From positions 22,232-86,231 of the IMG/VR virus record IMGVR_UViG_3300032069_000005: DNA of 64,000 nt, one strand, 5' to 3'. Made by a program: the position numbers and the translations under genes. The DNA is from a virus. Positions 26,892 through 37,296 of this stretch are shown piece by piece. The notes below the pieces were generated by a model, which searched no databases, was not told the DNA's origin, and saw only the letters and a list, made by a program, of their open reading frames with translations. Positions within the stretch are counted from its first letter, which is position 1. The number at the start of each line of letters is the position of its first letter.

Positions 26892-29449
26892 TAGACAAAA
26901 ATCTATTATATAAGAGATATTATGATACAATGGAAAAATACAAAGAAAATTCTATTATTGAACTTCCCAAACAATTATTCAGAATTTATTTAAATAATCC
27001 CAATGAATCTAATTTTATTGCCTTAATGGGATGCCTGGATAATTTACTTAGTAAAAATCCAGACATTAATTTCTTTTATGTAGATAAATTATACGGAAAG
27101 TTTCTTAATGAAAAACAAAAAGAAATGATTAATCCAAAGAAAAAACTTGTCGTTCAATTGGCTCGTATCCCCTGTGCTAATTGTGGATATGAATTACGAA
27201 ATTTAATAAATACCTATTCAGATAATTTTATTTCTGTATATATTTTGGGACAAGAATACCATGCCAGTTATAAATGGTCTCTTTTTAGAAAATTTCCATA
27301 TGAATTTTTTTGGAAAACGCAAAAAGAACAGTGTATTGAACTTATAAAAAAAGCAGATATAATTCACGCTCATCATCTTTGGGACTTTGAAGAAATACCA
27401 GACTTAATAAAAGATAAAATAATAATCACTACTTTATATGATATTTCGTCTTCGGGTCAGAAAAAATACCAAGAAAGGGTTAAAAAATATAGTTCATTTA
27501 TTACAGTTGCCGACCAGCCATTACAAAAGGAAATATTCAAAGAATTAACCACTTATAGTCTTCCTATAGTTAGATTTCTCTTTAATGAATCAATAATTAA
27601 AAATAATCCAGTTCCCGTTGTTGTATTCGCCCCAACTATAAAAAATTTGGGAAATGATTTACCATTATGCTCTAAAAGAAGAGAAGAAGTATTAGAAATT
27701 ATTGAAAGATTAAAAAAAGAAATGAATTTTGAATTTGACTTAATTGAAGGAATTCCGTATGAAGAAAATCTTGATAGAAAAAGAAAAGCGGATATTATAA
27801 TTGACGATATGAATGATAAGTTTGAGGAATTTCATTGCACTTGTTTTTCAGATGATACCAAAGTTCTTACTGAATCTGGATGGAAATATTTTAAAGATTT
27901 AAAAATGTCAGACAAAATATATTCATTAAATGAAAAGAAAAAAATTATAGAATTATCTAAGATTAAAAGAATTATTAAACAAAATTACAATGGAAAATTA
28001 ATCAATCTCAAAAAACAAAATATTGATTTATTAATTACTCCTAATCATAGAGTAGTATATCATAATGGCTATAAAGATAAAAAATTAAAAATAAAACCAA
28101 TTAAAGATTTAATTTCGAGGTGCAGAATAGATATTCCTACGTCTGGTTTTTTATATGAAAAGTTAAATAGCAAAACATATAATAAAACCGATGCTCATTG
28201 GGCAAAATTCCTGGGATTGTTTTTATCTGATGGATATAGTCATAAAAATCATATCGGATTCCATATAAGAAAAAAATCAACTATTAAAATGTTAAAAAAA
28301 TGTTTACGAAAATTGCATACTCCTTATACAGAATATACATATAATAGAAATAATGTATTAGATACAATAATAAAAATAAGAAAACCCGACACAATTCATT
28401 ATGATGAACTCAGAAAATATGGGAAAACTCACGATAAATTTATTCCCTCTTATCTTTTTAAATCACATCCAAATATCATCAAGGAATTTCTGAATGGATT
28501 TATAGAAGGAGATGGAAGTATCAATAAAAATAATCAAATTACAATATATAATTCCAATAAAAATTTATTAGAAGATATTCAACAATTATATGTTTTAATA
28601 GGAGTATGCACAAATATCATTAGAACATATAATAAACAATTCAAAAAATATTTATTCAGAATCGTAATTAGAAAAAGTAAAAATATAGGAATCGAAATAA
28701 AAAAACATATTAAATTTAAAAAATATAAAGGAAAAGTAGTATGTATTGAATTAAAAACCAATTCTTTAATATATGTAAAAAGAAAAGAAAAATGTTGTTG
28801 GAGTGGAAATTCCTTAGAGGCTGCGTGTTTCGGGGCAATTCCCTTAACCAGTTATAGCGGGGAAGATTATCCATTCACAAAAACAAACATTAAAACTCTG
28901 GAATCTACTTTACGGTTCTATATAAATAATCCAAAAAAACTAAAAGAAGAACAACGAAGAATCGTGGAGTGGAGAAAAACATATTATACTCCAAAAAAAT
29001 TATTACTTCCTTATGAAACATTATACCAAAATCTATTAGAAAATAAACAGATAAAAAAATCTAAAATCATTGAAATAATACCTATAGAACCCCAAACTGA
29101 AGAAAAAAAAGAAATAGTAGTTAAATCAAGCCCCGAAAAAAGAATTGAGGAAATATTTAATATATTAAATGAAAATAAAATTTATTATTGGGCTGCAAAA
29201 GATACTTTATTATCTATTTTCAAAAATATGCCAATAGATACTAACATAATAAAAATAGGAACGACCAATAATACTATTAAACAAAATATTTTAATTTTGC
29301 TCAAGGATATAGATTTAAAAATTGAAATTGAAATAAGACCAAATCAAGAAATTAAAAAATATAGATTTTTGGATATGGATATTAATGTTCCAAAACCATT
29401 AATAAAATATTTGGAGTATTTTACAAAAAAATCATTCAAAAAAATATAA
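26888..29449 (+). CDS. GT-B glycosyltransferase with an intein and a degenerate LicD-like C-terminus
   Basis: KADIIHAH, VFAPT, RKADIIID...SLEAACFGAIP; C-terminal YYWAAKDTLL...FLDMDINVPKPLIKYL. Confidence 0.7.
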   Translation: MIDKNLLYKRYYDTMEKYKENSIIELPKQLFRIYLNNPNESNFIALMGCLDNLLSKNPDINFFYVDKLYGKFLNEKQKEMINPKKKLVVQLARIPCANCGYELRNLINTYSDNFISVYILGQEYHASYKWSLFRKFPYEFFWKTQKEQCIELIKKADIIHAHHLWDFEEIPDLIKDKIIITTLYDISSSGQKKYQERVKKYSSFITVADQPLQKEIFKELTTYSLPIVRFLFNESIIKNNPVPVVVFAPTIKNLGNDLPLCSKRREEVLEIIERLKKEMNFEFDLIEGIPYEENLDRKRKADIIIDDMNDKFEEFHCTCFSDDTKVLTESGWKYFKDLKMSDKIYSLNEKKKIIELSKIKRIIKQNYNGKLINLKKQNIDLLITPNHRVVYHNGYKDKKLKIKPIKDLISRCRIDIPTSGFLYEKLNSKTYNKTDAHWAKFLGLFLSDGYSHKNHIGFHIRKKSTIKMLKKCLRKLHTPYTEYTYNRNNVLDTIIKIRKPDTIHYDELRKYGKTHDKFIPSYLFKSHPNIIKEFLNGFIEGDGSINKNNQITIYNSNKNLLEDIQQLYVLIGVCTNIIRTYNKQFKKYLFRIVIRKSKNIGIEIKKHIKFKKYKGKVVCIELKTNSLIYVKRKEKCCWSGNSLEAACFGAIPLTSYSGEDYPFTKTNIKTLESTLRFYINNPKKLKEEQRRIVEWRKTYYTPKKLLLPYETLYQNLLENKQIKKSKIIEIIPIEPQTEEKKEIVVKSSPEKRIEEIFNILNENKIYYWAAKDTLLSIFKNMPIDTNIIKIGTTNNTIKQNILILLKDIDLKIEIEIRPNQEIKKYRFLDMDINVPKPLIKYLEYFTKKSFKKI
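27842..28810 (+). mobile_element. intein with LAGLIDADG endonuclease (323 aa)
   Basis: Starts CFSDDTKVLT; block B ITPNHR; FLGLFLSDG and FLNGFIEGDG; ends WSGN|S. Confidence 0.9.
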
Positions 29450-29610
29450 TGTATCTCTCTCAAACAGTATTAATCAAATATAATGAAAAGATAGTTGAAG
29501 GAAAAGTAGTAAAAATTTATGATGAAGAATTGGATATTAAATTGGATGATGGTGAAATTGTTAGAAAAAAATATTGGGAAATAAGGAGCGTGCCCATTGA
29601 AAAAGAATAA
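29449..29610 (+). CDS. 53-aa hypothetical protein
   Basis: TAATG-coupled; MYLSQTVLIKYNEKIVEGKVVKI... Confidence 0.5.
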   Translation: MYLSQTVLIKYNEKIVEGKVVKIYDEELDIKLDDGEIVRKKYWEIRSVPIEKE

Positions 29611-30280
29611 AAAGAAAGAAATAGAATTAATTGATATTACCAAAATCCGGTTTGCTCCAGAATTAGAAATCGAACTCCCTGCCAAAAAGGATTCTCAACG
29701 ATTAATTGATAGAGGAAAGACCCTAAAAGGATGGGAAATTAAAGCGGATGGTAGTTTGGATAATGGCATTGAATTATCTCCAGAAAATAGCAATCATTTA
29801 TATTGGAATGAAGAATCTCTTATGCAAATAAAAGAAATCCTTGCTTTGGTTAGAGTATATAGAGGAAAAATAAATCCAAAGACTTGCGGATTTCATCTGC
29901 ATATCAATATAAAAAATTTAACTGATGCCCAAATCCTAACAATAATCAAAGAATTTATCCACAAACAAAGATATATTATAAAAAGATTTAATGTTCATCC
30001 TGATAGATTAAAAGAAACCTGTAAACTATTACCAAAAGGGGAAATAAATAAATTAACAGAAAAACAAATTCACAAATTTAGGAATCAGAAAGAATATTCT
30101 TTTAGAAATTATGAGTATCTTGATGAAAAATATTATTCTTTAAATGTCTGCCATCTACCCAAGAGTGATTATCAGACCATAGAATTTAGACTATTTGGCG
30201 GTAGTGTTAATTTCAGGGAAATAAAAGAAAGGATTTATTGGACACTCTGTTTTGTTCGTGATTCACTTGAAAGAGAATAG
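29597..30280 (+). CDS. putative amidoligase (COOH-NH2 ligase type 2)
   Basis: ELEIE, WEIKADGSL, IELSP, TCGFHLHI, KYYSLN, TIEFR. Confidence 0.8.
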   Translation: MKKNKKKEIELIDITKIRFAPELEIELPAKKDSQRLIDRGKTLKGWEIKADGSLDNGIELSPENSNHLYWNEESLMQIKEILALVRVYRGKINPKTCGFHLHINIKNLTDAQILTIIKEFIHKQRYIIKRFNVHPDRLKETCKLLPKGEINKLTEKQIHKFRNQKEYSFRNYEYLDEKYYSLNVCHLPKSDYQTIEFRLFGGSVNFREIKERIYWTLCFVRDSLERE

Positions 30281-30281
30281 A

Positions 30282-30512
30282 ATGAAAAATAATCGCCTAA
30301 AAGCGTGGTCTAAATTAATAGGTATATTATGTAGTTTTGGGTATAATAAGAGTAAAGAAAGCGGTATCTTGGGGGTAAACCAGCCTATTTTGAGGGGGTT
30401 AGCGTGCCCTAATTGCCTAAGACCATTGCCTAATAAAAAATTTCGTAGAAAATGGGGATGTAAATACTGTATCCCAAAAAAAACAACGGGGTATTGTAAT
30501 GGAAAATATTAA
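30282..30512 (+). CDS. small Zn-finger protein
   Basis: CPNC...GCKYC. Confidence 0.4.
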   Translation: MKNNRLKAWSKLIGILCSFGYNKSKESGILGVNQPILRGLACPNCLRPLPNKKFRRKWGCKYCIPKKTTGYCNGKY

Positions 30513-31245
30513 AGACTGTGTAATAATTGGGAGCGGGAAATCAATTGAACCATATCGAATTGAATTGATAGAAAAACTCAAAGACCGATTTGTAATCGTT
30601 ATAAATTATTCCTATAAGCATTTCCCACATACCTGTATGTGTTTCGGAGATAATGAATTTTATATTCCTCAAAATGCAAAAAAATATCCAGAAAAACATC
30701 CAGATATTTATGAAGAGTTAAAAAAAGAACCTCTTATTATCTATAATAATCATAAAAATGATATTATCAAATATCAGTTACCCAATACAATATTCGTCAA
30801 AAGTGGAAGCGGATACAATATTAATCCGCTTAAATCGGGATTCTATTGCCACGTTATTACAGGCATTTTTGCTCTATCACTGGCTCAGTTCTTATTGAAT
30901 TATGATGGCATTATTTATATATGTGGGTTCGATTGGAATAGAACCCCGCCCAATCCTAAAATTGATATACATTATTATTCCGACCAAGAATTAAATCATA
31001 AAGGCAAACATAAAACCGACTATTATAAAAATAATAATCCTGATAATTTCTTTGGGCATTTCAAAGAACCCAAAATAAAAATATATAATGTATCCCAGCT
31101 TTCTTCAATCCAGAGTTTTGAAAAAATAGCTTATGAGCAAATGTTTAGTTCACTATCTAATGAACATTATGACCAAAGTGAACTGAGACAGGAAATAAGA
31201 AAAAAATTAATTAATACCGATGGGATTATAAATTTGAATCATTAA
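30499..31245 (+). CDS. DUF115/Maf/MptE-like Rossmann-fold transferase
   Basis: CVIIGSGKS, VINYS, IYICGFD, KIYNVS. Confidence 0.6.
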   Translation: MENIKDCVIIGSGKSIEPYRIELIEKLKDRFVIVINYSYKHFPHTCMCFGDNEFYIPQNAKKYPEKHPDIYEELKKEPLIIYNNHKNDIIKYQLPNTIFVKSGSGYNINPLKSGFYCHVITGIFALSLAQFLLNYDGIIYICGFDWNRTPPNPKIDIHYYSDQELNHKGKHKTDYYKNNNPDNFFGHFKEPKIKIYNVSQLSSIQSFEKIAYEQMFSSLSNEHYDQSELRQEIRKKLINTDGIINLNH

Positions 31246-31704
31246 TTTTAAATCTACATCTAAACTCGGAGAAATAGAAAAGCACTGAATCGTATTGTTC
31301 ATTCTAACTTCCGCAAATTGATTATGAGAGTCCAAATCCATATCAATGCCATAGACCGTAAAAAACCTACTATAAACTAAACTTAAATCCCCTTGATACT
31401 GATAAAAAACCGCAGTTTTGATAAAAGGTAGCCAAGCTATTTTCAAATTCTTAAAAAGATTATCAAATACATAAATTCCTCTATTTCTCGTATTGGAAAT
31501 CTCTCTATAAAAAGGTTCGTAATAATGAAATTTCACCCAATCATATTCTATTGTTATTATTCGATTATTTATTTGTAAAATAGAACAATCAATTTCATTA
31601 TCAATTTTTTCTTGTTTCAATTTCAAATCATATAAATCATTTCCTGAAGTAATTAAATCATTGTAGAGGGTTCTTATTTTATGTTTTTCTTGTTCGTAAC
31701 CCAT
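31207..31704 (-). CDS. tail-distal protein (YEQEKHKIR N-terminal family)
   Basis: Last gene of the structural arm; shared N-terminal motif. Confidence 0.55.
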   Translation of the reverse strand: MGYEQEKHKIRTLYNDLITSGNDLYDLKLKQEKIDNEIDCSILQINNRIITIEYDWVKFHYYEPFYREISNTRNRGIYVFDNLFKNLKIAWLPFIKTAVFYQYQGDLSLVYSRFFTVYGIDMDLDSHNQFAEVRMNNTIQCFSISPSLDVDLKLMIQIYNPIGIN

Positions 31705-32594
31705 TATATTTTTCTCTCTTTGGAATCTATTCCTGACTTTATGGTTATTATTTCTTTCATTTGAGTTTGGTGTTGAGGAATATCTGCTTTATATTTGTTC
31801 TTAGTAATAATTTGCCCATAGGCAGAACCCAAATGAAAATGCCAAGTTCCATCTCCCACATCGTGCCTCGTTAACTGTTGTGAATATTGAGTAAACCGCA
31901 ATGAAATATCTGGTATAGCATCAACCACTTCCTGTAATTCATATAAAGATTTCATCATTATTTTTCTATCGCTTAACTTTATATAGAATTTTCCTTTAGC
32001 AGTTATAAAAAATTTAGGAACATTTAATGTTTCCATTTCGCCTAAATAAAAAGCATCTGGATAATTTCCCTTAATTTCTAAAATTTCTCCAGGAGGAAGT
32101 GGGTCAACTCCATATGTTCCGTGTAAATCTCCGTGATATAAATGAGGTCTCAATCCCATTGAATTTTCTTCCATTCCTCCGCCAATTACCCGCAGAGTAG
32201 TTACTTGTATCCGCCAATCTTTTAAAGAATCATAATAAATATATCTGGCATAAGAAGGAGATGTATCATAATATAATGCTACATTAGAATCGAGATAAGA
32301 ATTATATATTACTCCGTGATTGGGATACTGGTAATAAGGTAAAGAAGTTTTTTGGCATACCAAAACTCCATCTACAAAAATACTATAATAATCCATCCAC
32401 GATGGAGAAATACGATAAATTGGATATATTTCTTCTTCTAATTCCCTATCATAATTTATTAATAAATCAGAGTTAATATTTTTTATCATTTCTTCTGTAA
32501 TATCCAAAGATGTAGAAAATCTTTTTGTATAAGAAATTAATTTATACTGTTCTTCCGCCTGGTCTTTAAAATTAGGAATAATGAGTTCTGACAT
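31704..32594 (-). CDS. putative tail-associated protein
   Basis: 296-aa ORF in the tail cluster. Confidence 0.5.
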   Translation of the reverse strand: MSELIIPNFKDQAEEQYKLISYTKRFSTSLDITEEMIKNINSDLLINYDRELEEEIYPIYRISPSWMDYYSIFVDGVLVCQKTSLPYYQYPNHGVIYNSYLDSNVALYYDTSPSYARYIYYDSLKDWRIQVTTLRVIGGGMEENSMGLRPHLYHGDLHGTYGVDPLPPGEILEIKGNYPDAFYLGEMETLNVPKFFITAKGKFYIKLSDRKIMMKSLYELQEVVDAIPDISLRFTQYSQQLTRHDVGDGTWHFHLGSAYGQIITKNKYKADIPQHQTQMKEIITIKSGIDSKERKI

Positions 32595-32759
32595 TTATAT
32601 AATATTCTCCCAAGCCGATTCCAAATAAATTATTCTCTTAATAGAATTTCCAGAAGGATATTTTTCTCCACTATAATTTATGTGTTTTATATCATTCTTT
32701 AATTCTTTATTTTTATTATAGATTGTTCTTATTTTATGTTTTTCTTGTTCGTAATTCAT
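32595..32759 (-). CDS. short paralog/remnant (MNYEQEKHKIR...)
   Basis: 5' end nearly identical to that of ORF 31207-31704. Confidence 0.45.
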   Translation of the reverse strand: MNYEQEKHKIRTIYNKNKELKNDIKHINYSGEKYPSGNSIKRIIYLESAWENII

Positions 32760-33213
32760 CATAGTATTTGGGATAATCAATAAATAATTTAATTTTTAAT
32801 CTAATTGTGCTCACAGGAACATCATCTGGTAATGCTCCCAAAAATCCAAAATTAATCTGTAACATATATATAATCTCATCCGTAGATTCATTGAGAATTG
32901 TTTTAAAATATTCATAAGTAAAAATATTAAAATCATAATCGTCAAAACATTCATCATATGCTTCTAAAGGATAATAAATATAATTTATTTTTAAATAGGG
33001 AAGGATTTTTTTTGGAAAATTCTTTAATAATAATTCAAGTGTATATACTGGTTCTCCGATTGTATCTTCCAAAACATATTCCGCCTGTTTCTTTATATAA
33101 TTAATACTTTTCCGTTCAATAATTTCTTTTTTTAATTTATCATATTCAGTATATTTTTCTTCAATTTTATTATAGAGTATTCTTATTTTATGTTTTGTTA
33201 AATCATAATTCAT
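32734..33213 (-). CDS. tail-distal protein (YDLTKHKIR N-terminus)
   Basis: Shared N-terminal motif. Confidence 0.55.
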   Translation of the reverse strand: MNYDLTKHKIRILYNKIEEKYTEYDKLKKEIIERKSINYIKKQAEYVLEDTIGEPVYTLELLLKNFPKKILPYLKINYIYYPLEAYDECFDDYDFNIFTYEYFKTILNESTDEIIYMLQINFGFLGALPDDVPVSTIRLKIKLFIDYPKYYDELRTRKT

Positions 33214-33214
33214 A

Positions 33215-36200
33215 TTATTCTTCTTCTTCTTTTTCATCTACATATTCTTCGTTTGCCAAATCAAATTTTCCGCTGACTTTCTGAAATTCTCCCGCAATCA
33301 CCAAGGGCTCTATGGGATATTCCCCATCTAATAATTCTATTTCATAATTTGATTTTATATTATCACAAGTCAGATTTACTTTCATTGTGCCAGAATCAAT
33401 TGATATTTGTTTAATACTTACCGGAAATCCATTAGAATTTTTATAGATATTTTTATGAGTTGTGTTTATGATGTTTACTCTATTCAACAATTTTAATTTA
33501 TAATATAAATAAGCATCAATATGTAAGTCTAAATTAACTGATGTTATAGGAAGAATATTCCCATTGATATTTTTTAATTTTTTATATTCAATTGCAGCAA
33601 CATCTTCAACATATTGAAGATAATCATAAGTTTCTCCATCTGTGCCCCAATAGAGCCCATCTACTTTATCTATATATCTTTGGCAGGATATTCTTTTCCC
33701 ATTTTTACAAGATACTTCTTTATAAGGAGCTTCACCAACTAAATAATATCCTAATTCAACTTCTAAATCATCAAATATTTCTTGCTCTATGTAATTTGCC
33801 CATAAAACTTCATATAAATCTCCACTTAAAGGAGCTAAATTCGTTCCTATATAAAGATGAGGTTCATCGCTTGGGGAGAATATATACCCTCCCCAACTCG
33901 TTTCACCAATCAAACCATAGACCTGTATTGTTACATACCAAAAATAGCTATATCCTGGTTTAAATTTAAAAGTTCCTTCTTCCATCTGCTCTGCGAGTTT
34001 TTTTTCGTCCATATAATTAAAACCCATTATTACACGTTCTGTTATTTTTGTTCCTTTATTTATTTTTATCCCTTTATAATATTTTGGACTTTCTTCTTTG
34101 TTATCTACTCTTGGAGTAGCTTTCGTAAAATTATCATTGCTTTTATTTGCTTCAATATAGCCATAAGCCCCTTGAAAACTACCAAATATTAGTGCATTTG
34201 CTCTTTTACTAGTCCATTTAAATCCATTCCAAAACATTCCGGCTTCTGAAATAATTATAATTTGATTATCAATATAAGGATTGTCAATAGAAACATCATT
34301 AATCAAAACATCATATAAATGCAATTGCTCATTCGGGGCAGTTAGAGGCAAATCTATCGTCCTTAAACCATAATTCGAATTTATTTCATCTGATTCACAA
34401 GAAACTTCTACTGATTCTGATTCGCTTGATGCCTGTAATGCGATTATTTTTCCTATAAATTCGGGGTTACTTTCTCTATTTGTAAAATAAATTTTTACTA
34501 TATTATTATCAGTTATTCTCGTCGGATTATTCAAATCATCGTGTTTACGAGTCAATGTAAAAGTCGCAGTGCTCTTATTATCCGCAGTATGCGTTATTTT
34601 TATACTATTTAATTTTAAATCATTATCCGCTAATTCTGTTCCATTTATCTTAATATGGAAATCTTCTATCCCTAATGGAGATAAAGAAACATCTTTATAT
34701 ATTATTTTATTAACTCGCAAATCTGTTTCAATTATTGATTGTGATAATTTTTTTGCTCTCAAATCAGTATTTATCAATGCCCCGAATCCGGCGGATAAAT
34801 AAGTATTTATTAATTCTTGTTCTGACCTTCTTACTCTTAAATCCATATTTATGATGGATTTTTCAGATTCATCTAAAACAAATAAACTCTCATCTGCTTC
34901 TAAATCAGAAGCAAATGTAATTAAATAATCTTCACTATGAGATATTGAGTATAATTGTTTATTTTCTCCTAAATAAAATGATGTATATGAAGATGGGTCA
35001 ATCAAACTAACTTTTATAATATATCCATTATTAGAAGATAAGTATAAATATTCTCTATCGTGATTAATTACCAAATCTTTTGCATTTAATTTCCCAGTTA
35101 AAGTATATATAGTATAAATACTTGGGTCATATAAATATACCTTAATTACTTTTATGGGGTTAGTATCAGTTACTATATAAATATGGCTATTATGTATAAA
35201 TTTATTATGACAAACTTCTACTATATTTGCATTGGAAATAATAGTTTGCTTTGTATTATCTATATAAGCGGAGGATGTAATATTCTGAGTTATATTTCCT
35301 TTAATATGTGCAACTGATGTAATTGTTTTTGTAATAAAATGGCTTTCTTCCGCACCGGCCGAGGAATAGGTAGGTTCTGTGGCAACATATTTTTTTACAA
35401 TAAAATCATCAAATATTGCGTTTATTTGCGGTGCACCTGAAGAAGTATCAAATACCAATAATCCAAGATATTCATTGGTTATTGTATTTGTTCCAGCATT
35501 AGAAACTGAAAGAGTAAAAGAATCTGTTCCATAAAGACCATTATATGTAGTAGAAACTTTACGCAAACCAATCCAAAAATTAGTTCCGGTATAATTTATT
35601 GTTTGTATAGTAGTTGCAGTATTTTTAGCGAAACCGATGTGTTGCCCACCACCATATTGCCTTAAAAAGTATACCCAATTAGTATCACTACTATAATTTA
35701 TCATTCCAGCGTTATGATAATTTGTCGTTGGAGAAAATTTTAAATGAACTAATGCTTCGTGGTCTACTGTTATTGCGGTCTTTCTTTTCAATATTGGTGC
35801 AGTCCAAGTCCCATTCCAAAATTCCGTATCAGTGGTTTTTATATTAAGTTCATCTGGGCTGGTTACTCCTTCGTCCCAATTTCCAACTGACTCTCTAACC
35901 CATTCCCATTTATCAGTATTTAAACTTTCATCATCAAACCCATCATAAAATAAAAAAGTGTTTTCCCCATTACTTACATTATCTGCTCCAGATTTCCCAT
36001 AATAACAATATACATCTTGATTGGTTTCAAGACTATCGGCGACTTCCAACCAAATATAAGCAATCCTATTTGGAGTAGTTCCAGTAACTTGTTCTACCCA
36101 AAAATCTAATAAAGTAGTGCCATCAGAAGAAGTAAATCTCAAATCTCCAGAATCATTTTTATCGGATGGAAAATCTGAAGAATTTCCCTCTGTGTGAAAA

Positions 36201-36319
36201 TTAACTCCCGCAGAACCAGAACTTTCGCCAACCTTTAATCTAACTTGATAGTTAGTCCCTGCTCCAGCCTGTCCTGTAATAGTTACTTTTTTTCTATAAG
36301 TCCAACTATCTAACCACAT
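33215..36319 (-). CDS. large tail tip/hub protein with N-terminal DUF2341 and lectin-like domains
   Basis: WLDSWTYRKKVTI...DLRFT...LDFWVE...YYG (DUF2341 pattern); C-terminal hub-like region; downstream of the tape measure. Confidence 0.7.
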   Translation of the reverse strand: MWLDSWTYRKKVTITGQAGAGTNYQVRLKVGESSGSAGVNFHTEGNSSDFPSDKNDSGDLRFTSSDGTTLLDFWVEQVTGTTPNRIAYIWLEVADSLETNQDVYCYYGKSGADNVSNGENTFLFYDGFDDESLNTDKWEWVRESVGNWDEGVTSPDELNIKTTDTEFWNGTWTAPILKRKTAITVDHEALVHLKFSPTTNYHNAGMINYSSDTNWVYFLRQYGGGQHIGFAKNTATTIQTINYTGTNFWIGLRKVSTTYNGLYGTDSFTLSVSNAGTNTITNEYLGLLVFDTSSGAPQINAIFDDFIVKKYVATEPTYSSAGAEESHFITKTITSVAHIKGNITQNITSSAYIDNTKQTIISNANIVEVCHNKFIHNSHIYIVTDTNPIKVIKVYLYDPSIYTIYTLTGKLNAKDLVINHDREYLYLSSNNGYIIKVSLIDPSSYTSFYLGENKQLYSISHSEDYLITFASDLEADESLFVLDESEKSIINMDLRVRRSEQELINTYLSAGFGALINTDLRAKKLSQSIIETDLRVNKIIYKDVSLSPLGIEDFHIKINGTELADNDLKLNSIKITHTADNKSTATFTLTRKHDDLNNPTRITDNNIVKIYFTNRESNPEFIGKIIALQASSESESVEVSCESDEINSNYGLRTIDLPLTAPNEQLHLYDVLINDVSIDNPYIDNQIIIISEAGMFWNGFKWTSKRANALIFGSFQGAYGYIEANKSNDNFTKATPRVDNKEESPKYYKGIKINKGTKITERVIMGFNYMDEKKLAEQMEEGTFKFKPGYSYFWYVTIQVYGLIGETSWGGYIFSPSDEPHLYIGTNLAPLSGDLYEVLWANYIEQEIFDDLEVELGYYLVGEAPYKEVSCKNGKRISCQRYIDKVDGLYWGTDGETYDYLQYVEDVAAIEYKKLKNINGNILPITSVNLDLHIDAYLYYKLKLLNRVNIINTTHKNIYKNSNGFPVSIKQISIDSGTMKVNLTCDNIKSNYEIELLDGEYPIEPLVIAGEFQKVSGKFDLANEEYVDEKEEEE

Positions 36320-36320
36320 T

Positions 36321-36779
36321 TTATTCCTCTATAATGAAATTACCGCTTTCATCAATTTGTAATACTATTTTTTTATTGAATCCGTGATTATCTAAATATT
36401 GATAGCCCAAATGGTATATTATTTCTACTTTCTTTTGTTTTAAATCTTGTAATCCAAAAGTCATATAAACTCTTCTAAAATAAATAAGACGTATGTTATT
36501 TTTTTTAACTTCGGGGTTTCTATAAGGTATAATGAGGTCATTAAATCCTATAATTCCTTCTTGTAAATTTACTGTAAATAATTTGCCTTGCTTATTTGTC
36601 AAATTGAAATAAATTAAATCATTAAATTTATTTAACACTTCTCGAAATTCGTGTATAGTTCCATCTTCATCAAGTTGATTTATTTTTGTTCCATCGGAAA
36701 ATATGGCAAACCAAAAAAAAGTAAGGTCAGATATTGAATTACCGACCTCTGAATTTTTTTTGCCAATTGAATTCGACAT
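36321..36779 (-). CDS. hypothetical virion-cluster protein
   Basis: FWFAIFSDG...RLIYFRR...YHLGYQ. Confidence 0.55.
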   Translation of the reverse strand: MSNSIGKKNSEVGNSISDLTFFWFAIFSDGTKINQLDEDGTIHEFREVLNKFNDLIYFNLTNKQGKLFTVNLQEGIIGFNDLIIPYRNPEVKKNNIRLIYFRRVYMTFGLQDLKQKKVEIIYHLGYQYLDNHGFNKKIVLQIDESGNFIIEE

Positions 36780-36794
36780 TTTTTATTCTCCAAA

Positions 36795-37283
36795 TTAGAT
36801 TACATCGTATGACATATTAAAAAGTTTCTGATTAACTACTCCGATAGGAGAAGTTATTAAAGTTTGCATTTGCAGACGCAAATAATCCGTAAATCCCGAA
36901 ACTCCAGTTGCACCATATATAATTGTTGGGTCTCCTTCATAAGAATTAACCGAAAGAGCAGAACCATATTCAGTAGGAATCGGGTCATCTCCAGTATCAA
37001 TCTGAGAAGGAGTTGCATAAACTACATTAGCTGCCGCTTTTATCACTTCATCAGTAACATAATTTCCTTCCAATTTCCAAAATTTAATATTTGAAATTTC
37101 AGTCCAAGTCCCAGTAAATTTTCCTCTAATATATTTGGCAAAAGAATTAGTTCCTCTTATCACTGGATTACTTGCGGGAACAATGTTTGGGGCATCTACA
37201 GACCCAAAATTTATATTCTCTATGTCATCGGTAATATCTTCTCCCACTCCATTGCTCTCCGAAAAAACAAACGAAGCACTCAT
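36795..37283 (-). CDS. putative virion structural protein
   Basis: Beta-rich acidic protein with AAGGAG SD. Confidence 0.55.
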   Translation of the reverse strand: MSASFVFSESNGVGEDITDDIENINFGSVDAPNIVPASNPVIRGTNSFAKYIRGKFTGTWTEISNIKFWKLEGNYVTDEVIKAAANVVYATPSQIDTGDDPIPTEYGSALSVNSYEGDPTIIYGATGVSGFTDYLRLQMQTLITSPIGVVNQKLFNMSYDVI

Positions 37284-37296
37284 AAATTTTCTCCTT

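Noticed and set aside
30305-30335. dif/Xer-like site (also GGTTGGCATAA near 63878)
   Set aside because: Only one arm resembles the consensus and the spacing is wrong.
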